DNA of 64,000 nt, taken from contig NC_045138.2 of the NCBI RefSeq assembly GCF_008831285.2, positions 4,278,001 to 4,342,000 of the forward strand. Direction: 5' to 3'. The stretch is from Nymphaea colorata (taxonomy: Eukaryota). A program made the position numbers and the translations under genes. This document shows positions 27,956 to 40,200 of the stretch, piece by piece. Below the pieces are notes generated by a model, which was not told the origin of the DNA, ran no database searches, and saw only the letters and a list, made by a program, of their open reading frames with translations. Within the stretch, counting starts at the first letter, position 1; each line of letters begins with the position of its first letter.

Positions 27956-28574
27956 AGTGTACAAGGCATTTGCAATGCCAATCCACTGTTAGCTAACAAT
28001 CTGTGTGACCTATACACTGTCGTCATTTTGCAACAGCAGCTGGTTGATATATCTACTTGGGCAGCACTTATATTTCTCGAAGCACCAAGGAATAGCCGAC
28101 TGTAGCTTATTCTAGCACTGAAGCAAGCTGAGTACCTGTGCAGTGGCCCTTATCCATGGTAGAGATCACTCCGACTAACTAGATACTCAAGGAGTCAAGA
28201 ATCTTTGGCTTCACTTAGAAAATCAAGGCTCACATTCTATCCGGTGACAAAGTACCATCCAGCATATGAACATTAGTCCTACGTTTCAAATGAAAGTAGC
28301 TATAGATGGAAGGTAGAAAGGGAATCAAGATGAAGGGTGTATGCAGTTACGCTATGAATCAGCCAGGAACATTTGCCCTACATTTCAATGAGTCTAAGCA
28401 GACTGTCATCTATTTTCACTTTCCTTGTCAAAAGGTCAATGAAGTAGGCTCTTAACAGGCCTTAGATGGCATTTTTGCAAAGTAGGTGATCTTGGGAATC
28501 TTATCTTATCGAGAAGGAAAATCCAATTAGGATGGATAAAGCTTCCCAGATTTCCGCTCAATAATTGCTTCCCC

Positions 28575-28591
28575 ACTTGCTCTCTCTCTCT

Positions 28592-28626
<35 letters not shown>

Positions 28627-28743
28627 CTTTTCACAACCTTCAAGTTGCTGATATCATTACTAATTCCATCACTAGCTTTTGGAGGCTGACTCAAACATTT
28701 GGCCTTTGGAGCTCACCAAAAAGCTCCATCTCTCTCTCTCTCT

Positions 28744-28776
<33 letters not shown>

Positions 28777-28860
28777 GAGAGTCGCTGCTGACATCATTAC
28801 TAAATCTCTCACTAGCTTTCGGAGGCCGACTCACAACACTTGGCCTTTGGAGCTCATCCA
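28575..28860 (+). repeat. Local two-copy duplication of (CT)n(AT)n plus ~70 bp unique sequence
   Basis: gctga(t/c)atcattactaa...cactagcttt..ggaggc.gactca...ttggcctttggagctca occurs at ~28647 and ~28786. Confidence 0.8.
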
Positions 28861-29173
28861 AATCCAAAGTTTGCCGGGAGTGATAAGGCCTAGCTCATCC
28901 GGTCCAAGTTGGCAATAAGGCCAACTTCACAAAAGCTTGTCATGTGGGTAATGATAATGCTGTTCTCGAGGCAAATGATAGCGCCAATTCAAGAAACAGA
29001 CGATAGAAAAGAGAGAGAGAGAGAGAGCGTACAAACATAATAGAACTCCACGGAGGAAGGTCGCACCTAGTTAGGTGCGACTTTATTGCTTGTATTAAAA
29101 TAACAGGTCCACCCCAAACTCTGGAAGTTTTATTCCATGTTTGATGGGATCTGGAATTTTTATTGTACGATAG

Positions 29174-29430
29174 AAGTAACGTTCCACTGCTATAGTGGAA
29201 TTTCGCCAATGCAAAAAGCACGTGACTTGAAGATATGGTAAGTAAAGTTCCACTGCTACAGTGGAATTTTACTTATGCGAAAAGCACGTCATTTGAAGAT
29301 ATGGTTTTCTCCTCCCTAGCAGACATGATGGAAGTAAAGTTTCGCTGCTACAGTGGAATTTCACCTATGCGAAAAGCACGTGACTTAGTGAAGAGATGGC
29401 TTTCTTCTCCCCAGCAGACATGTTCTATGT
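29174..29430 (+). repeat. Three-copy tandem repeat (periods 66 and 92 bp), each with a hairpin and an ACGT box
   Basis: Units start at 29174, 29240 and 29332: aagtaa.gttccactgctacagtggaattt...aaaagcacgt(g/c)a.tt..gaaga.atgg. Confidence 0.9.
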
Positions 29431-29669
29431 GGAAAAGATGAAGAGAGTATAGATCACTTGTTTTGGTGTTGTAACTTCATGCAGAAAGTAAACAAGAGGT
29501 GCCAAATTCAGGCAGGTAGTGCTTAGACTGGATTTGTCATTGGAGATGTGTTCAGGGTCCCATCTTCTTGCTGGTTATCCAGAAATGCACGTCTACTCGG
29601 CTCCTCTGTGATGTGGCTTCCATTGTCACAAATGATGTTGATTTCTGACGGGTGTAAATTATGTCACCG

Positions 29670-29836
29670 AAGGAAGGGGGGTTGTGTTAGTGGTTTTTTT
29701 TTGTTATAATTTACATAAATTAAAAAAAATCATTTATCTTATATAAAAATATTAAAAAATTATATTTCAACCCCTGTTAAAATTTTGAAATCATAATTTG
29801 TCCTCCCTCATAAAAAATTTCTTGCTGCACCCCTAG
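29670..29836. mobile_element. hAT-type MITE (reverse orientation of the 272-447 family)
   Basis: ctcataaaaaatttcttgctgcacccct end and matching AT core. Confidence 0.5.
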
Positions 29837-31032
29837 AATTACCGACACTACTTCATTAAATGATCCTACTGTTGCCGATGTAGCATTAGTAGATCCCATT
29901 TCTAGCACTTTTACAATGTTTGATTCAATCCATTTCTTGTATTGATAGCTCCACATACTGAATATCATTTGATGCACTACTCATTGTATTTGGCAGTTTC
30001 TGCCTCCCTAGAGTCTGATTAAGTGGCATGCAATATTACATGAAGTTTTGCTATCAGACAAATTAGTCGATTTTATAGGCCCCAATTGAAAAGCTTTTAA
30101 AAATGTTTTTGGGGCAATTACTAACACATGCATCAATATAATAAGAGTATTTATTTATTCAATTAAATAATTAAAAAGAAAAAAAGTGATGATTCAAATG
30201 TACGATTATGTCCACTTTTTTCTTTTTGACAAACATGATATTTCTTTCCACCCAAAAAAAAAAATCTTCTAAAAGGCTGTCGAAGGAGATTTTTCTACAT
30301 ACAAATCTTCTTTCTCCAGTTTGGTAAGATTGAAAGCCTATGGTGCTTGCAATTCAAACAGAATATTAAGCTTATAACTGATCCTTTCAGAACTTGAAGA
30401 AGGAAAATCAAACGAAGAAAAAGAAGAAGCAACACATCTCAATCATACTTGGTTTCTTGATGTAACTCCAAACAATCCAAATTAGGACAAGCACAAGAGT
30501 CCCTCTCAATGATTTTTCACTCACACATTCCTCTTCCGACCTTCATAAGATAATTTGAGTAAGAAAGGGAACCTAAATTCTAGACCTTAGGCCACCCATG
30601 TTATGTTGCTCGTCGATCCCTCTGCTCCCATAACTTTTCGCTTGCAACATCACTCAATATTGATTACATGTTATATCAACATCCAATTGCTCTTAAACTA
30701 AAAGGTCTCCTGCAGAGAGACATACGTTCTGCATGCCAGCTTCCATGCCTCATTTTGCTATCAAGAGCCAGCAAAGGCAAGTGGGTGCTTAATTATGAGC
30801 ATCTCACATGGATCAGATGTAAAATGTCACAGCGACAATAGAAAAAACCTTTGATTTGATTTTTAGAGTAGGCAAGAGATGCATCATGCTGTGAAAGCGC
30901 ATTGTTTTGTTCATATACTTTTCAGGTTTCCTACATCCCAATTGTTCACTTACTGTGCAATAATGCCCAACTTGTCAAACAATTGAAAAACCTGCATATC
31001 ATGAGTCATGTACACAAAAAATGAGGATCAGG

Positions 31033-31134
31033 TAGGGCTGTTCAACAAGTCGAGCTAACACGAACTCACTCGATAAACTTGACTCTAGCTCGAATCGTTT
31101 ATTAAAGCTCGAGCTAAGTAGGCTTGGCTTAGTA

Positions 31135-31217
<83 letters not shown>

Positions 31218-31490
31218 ATAAGTTGCATAAAATTATCAGAAAAGTTAGACAGCTCAAATGGGTGCGCACGTGACTGGAATAGCTCAAGCTTAATCAAGCC
31301 GACTGGAGCCCAATTCAAGTTTTAAGAGCTCGAGCCGAGCTCGGGTTTCAAGAGTTCGATCCGAGTCGAGTTCGAGCTAATGAAGTCGAACTCAACTTGA
31401 GCTCGACCCAAGTTCGAGTTTTTCTCAAGATAGTCAAGCCAAGTTCAAGCTGACTCAGCTTGGCACGAACTTGGCTCATGAACAGCCCTA
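31033..31490. mobile_element. hAT-type MITE with CGAGCT-rich subterminal repeats
   Basis: TIR tagggctgttca / tgaacagcccta; 8-bp TSD ggatcagg / tgatcagg. Confidence 0.9.
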
Positions 31491-31982
31491 TGATCAGGTG
31501 CGATGCAATTGTGCTAAAATTTTACAACTGCAGTTTAAAAGCCATGTTTTGAAGTCCACAACTTCAACTAACAATTTTAATAGATCCGCACTTAGATCTG
31601 CTTATCTAGATGATAAGATTCAATAGCCTATGAAGCTTGAAAATTTTAATATGCCAAAAATTCTGATCATCCTACCTTCCTATGCAACTTAATTAATTCC
31701 AAATGAACCCGTCGGACAGTGAATTTCATTTTAGACTAGGCAGATCACTTCTGTGCAATTTGAATTTTGAAAAGGAACCTAAGCCTCTGATTTCATAGCA
31801 TAAGAATCCCAATAACTAGTCTGAGTTTGGATCCAGGTCTTGTAAGATCAAGAAAATGAATTCCAAATGCAACCCGCATAACTTAATCCACATCATATGT
31901 ACATGGATTTAATTTGCATCTAAGTCTATATATCCATGAGATGGACTAGTTTGGATTTTGGAGAGAATTTTTCATACTTTTA

Positions 31983-32628
31983 GGCCCCGTTTGATTGCCG
32001 GGGTAAATCACTTGGAGAGGGTGAAAAATGTACGGGTGGGTGAAATTTCACCCGCCCGACTAAACAAACATCAAACAGGGTGAAATTTCACCCGTTTAAT
32101 GGAAAAGGGAGCGGGTGAACTTTCACCCGCTCGAAAATGCTTCGTTTTACCTCATTTCTCCCCAAACCTCCTCACCTCCGCAGCTTCTTCTTCGCTCGGC
32201 CTTGTGCCTTCCCGTCGCACAAGAGGCGTCGCCCCTCTCACCGTCACCACTCCGCCATCGCCGCTCCGCTCCTCCGCCGGTTCGCTTTCTCCCTTTCTCT
32301 CTTGCTCTTGTCGATGCATTCGTTTTCTCCCTTTCCCTCTTGCTGATGCCTTCGCCACCGTTCTGCAGCCTTTTATCTTCTCACAATCGAGCAAGCCAGC
32401 CATCTCTCTAACCTTCCTTCATTGCCAGGGACGAGCAAGGTTAATCTTACCACGTTAAATTCTTCCTGTGTATCAAACAGGGTTAAATTTAACATGTTAA
32501 ATTTTTCCTGTGCATCAAACAGAGCCTCAGATTGGAAGAAGGAGAAATTTCATCCTGTAAATTTTTTTAGAAAAATTTACCATGGTAAATTTATCTCGTT
32601 AAATTTCACCCGACAATCAAACGGGCCC
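31983..32628. mobile_element. PIF/Harbinger (Tourist-like) non-autonomous element
   Basis: TIR ggccccgtttgattg / caatcaaacgggccc; TTA TSD on both sides; internal tcaaacag repeats and a GC-rich core at ~32150-32440. Confidence 0.9.
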
Positions 32629-34089
32629 TTACTCTTGATTTGTTTTTACCCGGATAGATGTAGAACTGATGTTTTGGGTTTATGTATCTCCCAAACTGCA
32701 TGAGGAGATTTTGCATATTCGTCTCGAGCAATTGAGATGGATCTCTAAATGTATTACCTTACTGCATGCAAGTGAATTAAGGAACCCACAATATCACAAT
32801 GACCAACACGATCCATTTGCCAAATGGATCGTTCAGAGGGACAGCAGTAGCCCTAGTCCACACACGTATATGCACCACATTAAGGGACTTCCGAGACATT
32901 TTGAGAATTTCATTATTTTTTACTTTCCATCTTTTGTCCTCATAGAAGGGTTTTACCTTTGACAGACCAGGGGCATCCTGGTCTTTTTTTCACCATCTGC
33001 ATGAGAAAACATGCACCAGCTGGTGCATATAATTAACTTGGCCTTCAAAGTGCTAGGGCTGCCTCTTATCCACTATGTCACATGGGTGCTTTCAAATGGC
33101 TGCCGCATTTGTGCCGCACCCATGTCGGTGTTGGTGGTTCTCCGACGTAGTACATTTGGTTTTCCTGTCAAAACCGATAATTTTAAATGTACACATAACT
33201 AAATTATCTTTAATACAAAAAAATACATATAAATGTAAATAAATGAGACTACTCAACAGTTAAAGAACTATGTAACAAATGATTTATACATATACACATA
33301 TATATAATTATTGCACCCACACCCCGTACTCAGGTGACAGCTTATCCATATAAAAGAACTGTGTCTTGGGTGGATAAAAGAACTGTCTCTTGGGTGGATC
33401 ACCAAGCGGTGAGGCTACATTCACATTACCATGTTGTCGTTCTGGTTTGAGGAAGACTTAGTAAAGCTACACGGTTCAGTAAGTGTAACTTCGCTCGTGG
33501 TACATATCTTCACACAAAAATATGATTTTGGGAGACCATATGATTCACTAACACTAGTTTGAAAAACTATTGCATCTCTTGCCGAATCCAAATCAGGACG
33601 ATCGCCTGGCCGTGAGCGACCAATGAAAGGGCTGAATGTCACTCAGTCAATGAAACTGTTGGATTTCAGATCTGGATCTGTCCATGTTGGGCCGGGGTCT
33701 ATTATGATACGGTTAAACAGCCACACGGTTACTGGTACAAATACGAGTATGGGGATATTGGTAGGGACACAACAATTTTAAAAGTTTTGAACATGGGAAT
33801 AAGCCAATGTATATACAGAAGTGTACATATATGTACAAACTGTCATAAAAAATATGGATAATTCCACAAGAAATATGAAAACACCCCAACAATATGCAAA
33901 ATTAATTCCCAAAATTCCACAAAAGTATGCTAAAATTCCACAGAACCTTGCAAATTCTAAAAAGTACCCAAAAATCAAAACTACCGTGTCCAACTACATG
34001 GCGGTGCCAATGTTGACATGGGTATAGCAGCCTTCCGGCAATTTCTGTGTTATCTGCATTGGTGATGGCCCCTTGATCTTGAATGTAAG

Positions 34090-34388
34090 TCTGGGCATAG
34101 TAACGGGCTGCAGCCTATAACTATGGCCCAAGCCCGACGCGAAAATCCAAACCCAAGCTTGGGCGAGACCCAGCCCAGCCCGATTAACATTAAAAAATAT
34201 ATTTTTAATATAAAATAATATATAAATATAATTTAATCATAATAAATATAATTATATGTATAATAAAAAGTTTATTAAATATAAATTATCAGGTTGAGTC
34301 GGGCCCACCTGGGCCGACCCCACATCTGATATTCTGAGCTTGGGCTCGAGTTGGGCTGGGTACCGGGTACCCGGCCTCCTGCCCAAGC
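34090..34388. mobile_element. MITE with GGGCC-rich ends
   Basis: ctgggca...tgcccaag inverted ends with an AT core; a reverse-oriented relative lies at ~55160-55478. Confidence 0.6.
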
Positions 34389-37285
34389 TTACTTGAATGG
34401 AAGAAAAGTGAGTGAACGGCAAATAAGAGATGGAAAAGAGATAGATATATCAGATGGCTGGGGATCACCATATCTCTGTCTTGGTTCATGAGTCTCAGCG
34501 ATTAGGATTGTGGAACGCCACCAGGAGGTTCTGCACCTGTGGAACGCGGAAAATAGTGACCACATGTGATGTGAAACCAAATTTCCCTCTTCTTTTGCAT
34601 CTTTTACCGTTCCCTTTCACTCTTATATGCAAGTAGATAGAAGATAGAGAAAAAAGGCACATTCGCCCTTGAAATGGAGAATTAATGGACTTCGAGCTTC
34701 CTCATGGACATTGTGGTTCTAAGATCTTACTTTTAATATCATGAGAAGCAGAAGATTCCTAAAAGATGATGGAAAATTAAAGCCAAACTAAATGCTTAAT
34801 ATCTGCTTTGTCTGGAAGGAATCTCAAGGGACACTTGATCAGGACTCTCCCACGATTTGCCAGTAATCAAGACATGAGTACATTATGCATATGTCCTCCC
34901 CAAGACTCATGCATTAAGTATATTATCAGGCATCACGAGGAATGTATGAGTCCAATATTATAAAGTCTTGAAACTTCTTAAGAAAATATGGGTCGGTATT
35001 CTTGTAATGTAAACTCATATAAAATCATGCGTAGATGCCATTTGGTAACAGGAAAGCTGCGTTCTTAGGAAATCAATGTTCTATCTATATGTCTCTAAGA
35101 TGAACAAATGCAGAAAACACTACATTCCAAAGAATGTAGTGCTGATTGCAATTATACCAGCACTAACGCACCAGATCCCATCAAAACTCCAAAATTTGAG
35201 TATGTTTGGGCGAGAGTAGTACAGGGATGAGTGACTTCATGAGAAGTCCTTGTGTTCAGTCCCCAAAAACATAGTGCTTGTACTGCCAAATGCCCTCTTA
35301 GATATCTAAGGAAGATGATTCAGATCTCCCAATTATTCATTCCACAATGCATTCAAAGTTGAGGTTATATAAAAATAAGATACCAAAATAGTGCCTCAAA
35401 GATAAAAACTCAATTAATGCAGGCTTTCAAAATCTAAAGTGCCAAATGTAAAACAAAGAAGGTTGGTTGCTTTTGTTGGCCAAGTGATGTGGTTTCTCTC
35501 ACTAAAAAATACATCTAAGTGCCCCAAGTTGCTCTCAAAGTGCTCTATCCAATTTCTTGAGGGCCTTCAAGTGATAATGGTACTTCAAAGTGGGGGTTTC
35601 CATTCATTTAATTGCAAAGATCCTGGCATTCCCATCAAGCCAACAATCCTTTAGGTACATGTATCAAATAAGGGAAGCCAAGGACATGTATACAGAATGT
35701 GTTCCTAACACCTGAAAGAAAATATTTCATTCAAAGAACAGAGTGTTCTACCAAATGATCTAGAACATCTTCACTCTTCCAATGCAGTAAGTTGAACAGG
35801 AAAGGTGGAAGAAAGAATGCTTCAGTAATGCTTTCTCCCCACTCTCCCCCTTTACTGATGTTTTTTTGGGGTCCGTGTCACTAAGGTAACATTTGGCTGC
35901 ACCAGGATTGAAATCCTAGGATTTACACCCCCATTCCAAAATGTGGATGCCTTTGTCGAACTTGAATTATAATCCGCTGGATATCTATCCAGTAAGTTGA
36001 CAACATGGAAAAAAAATTGGAATGTTGTTAAAGCTTTTAAGTAACAAGTTTTTCAAACCTTCAAATTGATCTGCTTGATAAAGTTTTTCTAATCTATACT
36101 AGTATGTTTTTCATTTAATTGCCTCAATACATACTACACATATGGTTAAATGAATGAAATCTGAAATTAAGCATTTTTAATGTGGGCACTCTCAAATAAT
36201 TGCCAAACTTTTGTTATTCATTCTCCATGTTCTTACAGCAACGAGAAACTGCTTTCATGGTGAAATAAACATATGGCGTATTTCAATTTTCAGGCTTACT
36301 TTTCTTACATAAATCCAGAAACAAAACTACTTTTAGAGATTTTAATGAAAATGGTCATTCATTTCATGAAAATTCAAACTAAGGGCTTGATACAGAAGAA
36401 GATCTGGCTGAAGTTGTGAAGAGAAGGGCATGGAGAGTGGGCGGATGCACTTTAATCACTAGCTGATGGCAACCTGGCCAGGAGATGAAGATTAATACAG
36501 TAGGTATAGTTATGTTGTGGATTCATCTCCCTCAGCTACCCATTCACCTATGGAATGAATACTATGACAAGGGCATAGCGACAACTCTACGAGGATAATA
36601 TGCTAAGGAAGATAGCTGCTCGGACAAATGGGAGAAGGTTGGTTTTACAAGGGTGAAGATCGAAGTGCCGATCAATTTCTCCCCGTTTCCGTGGATTTCT
36701 CTGCACTTGGGGGGATGGTCGATCGATCTTATAGGAGGTTGCTTACGAATCTAGAATTTCATTTTGTGACCTTTGTGGTGCCCTCACTCACACTAGGTCA
36801 ACGCATAAGAAACATACAGAGGGAGGGCCAGCCGCAACAAACTCCTAGTCCACGGTGAAAATGGCGACCAAAGTCTGGAGGGGGCACCAACGAAAGGGAG
36901 GACCACACATTGCCAAACTGACCATGTTAGGTGATGCAAAAGTGAGGAATGAAATCTAGGGAGCGGGAGGTGGAACACACACCAATTGCTTATCAAAAGG
37001 AGCAGACCAAGGGGAAAGGACTGCAAGGCGACAATGGGACAGGAAAAGCCAAGTATCAAGCAATGGAGCTGAATCACCGAGCCTTAGGTAACCCTTTTGA
37101 TGCATTGGCTAACAAAAACAAGATGGAGGAACTCAGCTTTCCTCTCAGTTTCACCTTTGAATCTGGGAGGCCAGCGATTGTGCTAAAATCTAGTGAGGGC
37201 AAGACCAAAGGAACTATACCTCAAGACAAGCTGGTGAGAGGCATCCACATTAATGGGCATAGACAGAAGAAGCAGGATTAGCAAT

Positions 37286-40200
37286 TGTTCGCATCCCCAA
37301 ATTTTTTGGTTGGTTTTGGAGTGCTTAAGAAAGATGAGTTTTTATTTTGAAAATGAGAGAAAGTGACTCACCCGTTGGTACGAGGCGACCACTTCCGACG
37401 ACTTTACCGGGAGTAATCAACCCAATGACTATGTTTATTATTGATGCATTTCATTTTCGCTTGAATATCTTTTCCATTCTATATGCGGTGTAGAAAAATA
37501 TTGAAAGTTTGTTGTTTCGAACTTTTGAAAATGTTCTTGAAGAATCATTTGAGAATGTGAAATATTTTAGGGAAAACTAGAATTGAGAAATCTTTGTAAA
37601 GATCATTTGGAAAGCTTGAGAAATCATTTTGAAGTCACTTTAGTGTTCTCTTAAGATTTTAAGTAGTTTTGATATTTTGATATAATTCGGTTACTACTTA
37701 GTTATAGTTCCATCTCATCTTTCTTAAAATTTTTTGAAGAGGTGTTTGTGATCATAAGTGATATTAAGTGATTGTGGATGCATGAATGCATTGATCCTGC
37801 ATAATTGGAAAAGAAAATCATTCATTCTTACCATAACATTCATCTAAAAACATTCATACCATGATATATATTTAAAATTTTTGTTTTTATAGTTATGATA
37901 CATAAGAAGAAAATGTTTTTGAAAATGGATTGAGGTTGTAGACCATCAAGCATGAATCTAATATTGGGTCATTACTTGACTTTGGTCTTAGTGAAGTCGG
38001 TAAATAAAAAGATCAAGAGAGGAAAATGTTAAAAAGAATGGAAAAAATGCAATACTTTCATAAAAAGAAAGAGAGAGTAGATAGAAAAAGATGTACATAC
38101 CATCACATATGTACGTATGTGAAAGTTTGTAAAAATGATGTTGATTTGAATAGAAAGAGAGAGTTTTAAAGGAAAAGAGAAATATATATACATACATACA
38201 TGTGTATGTATAAGAAAAATTGTAAAGAAAGATGTTTGCCTTGAAAAGAAAAATAAAAGATTCTATAAAGATAAAAAAGAACACATGCATATATGTATTC
38301 ATGTGTATATGAAAATTTGCAAAATATAATGTGAAAACATAGAGAGAGAATGAGAAAGGGAATCATCACGTGCACATATATGTATATAATATGTATATAC
38401 ATACATGTCTTTATGAGATTAGAAATGAAGAAATGACTTAAAATAACTGACTTCAAATTTGATGTAGGCCGGAGGGGAGTTTGGATTCATGCAAGAGCTT
38501 AAGCTAAGTCTCCAAAGCCACATTAGAAAGTGTTCTTTGGAAAATATTTTTGGAGAACATGATCGTGAACATAAAACATAGTTATTTCATTGGTTACAAG
38601 AGAATATGTTTCTTCCACCGTTGGGTATGAAAGAAAGCCAAACCACACGATAAGGCGCTCAGTAGGTTTCCTAATCGGATTATTAAAAGGAAACTAACAC
38701 GAAATGACATGAAAATACATATTAACATATACACATTCGTGAGGGTTTTCCTCGAGTTGGACAAGCCTCAACCTCAAAAATTTATATAATAATAAAGAGT
38801 CACAAACCACACTCTCATTCTCATTGTGCATTCACATATATGAATAGAAAAATCAAGCAACTATGCATAAACAATATCTAAAATAGAGCAACATTAAAGT
38901 AATAGAGAGAACTTGTTAAATCATATAATGCAATAGTATCTCACATTCTCAGTGCACTCAAGAATAGCTTCTTGACTCTAAAATAGAGATTTGAGAGCTA
39001 TGGCCATGAGGAGATGGAGAAGAGAGGAAACACCAATACTATGTTCTAAAAAAGAGAGCATGATTTAATCATAAATGAAACAACACTTCATCTTCTCATG
39101 GCCATGAGGAGATGAAGAAGCAAAAAAACAACAATACTGTGTTTTAGAAAAGAGAGCATGATTTAATCATAAAATGAAACATCACTATTCCACTGTTGGG
39201 TATGGAAGAAAGCCAAACCACACGATAAGGCGCTCAGTAGGTTTCATAATCGGATGATTAAAAAGAAACTAACGTGAAATGACATGAAAATGCATATTAA
39301 CATGTACACATTCGTGAGGATTTTCCTTGGGTTGGACAAGCCCCAACCTCAAAAATTTATATAATAATAAAGAGTCACAAACCACACTCTCATTCTCATT
39401 GTGCATTCATATATATGAATAGAAAAATCAAGCAACTATACATAAACAATATATAAAATAAAGCAACATTCAAGTAATAGAGAGAACTTTTTAAATCATA
39501 TAATGCAATAGCATCTCATCTTCTCATGCTCCCAGTGCACTCAACAATAGCTTCTTGACTCTAAAATAGAGATTTGAGAGCTATGGCTATGAGGAGATGA
39601 AGAAAAGAGGAAACAACAATACTATGTTCTAAAAAAGAGAGCATGATTTAATCATAAAATGAAACATCACTTCATCTTCTCATGGCCATGAGGAGATGAA
39701 GAAGAGAGAAAGCAACAATACTGTATTTTAGAAAAGAGAGCATGATTTAATCATAAAATGAAACATTACTTCACATTCTCATGCGAATAGCTTATTGACT
39801 CTAAAATAAAGATTTAGAGGCTATCATATATGGTCATGGGAAGATGAAGAAGGGAAGAAATAAGGGAACAACAACAAGTCTATCTTCAAGAAAAGAAAAA
39901 CATTATTCAATCATGAAATGAAATATAATATTATTTTCTCATGCTCTCGGTGCACTCAAGAATAGCTTCTTAATTCTAAAATAAAAATTTGAAGGCTATC
40001 TCACATGGCCATGAGGAGATCAAAAGGAGAGAAAATAAGGAAACCAAAACAAAGCTATATTCAAGAAAAGAAATAATAATTCAATCATAAAATGAAATAT
40101 TACTTCACCTTCTTATGCTCCTCGTGCACCCAAGAATAGCTTTTTAACTTAAAAATTAAAATTTTAAAACAATCTTATATGGCCATGGGGAGTTGAAGAA

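Noticed and set aside
29174..29430. CRISPR-like array (palindromic repeats)
   Set aside because: Sequence between the hairpins is itself repeated rather than unique spacers; eukaryotic context; no cas genes.
32099..32458. Several ORFs in the GC-rich patch as a protein-coding gene
   Set aside because: Open in multiple frames because of composition, and enclosed by transposon TIRs and TSD.
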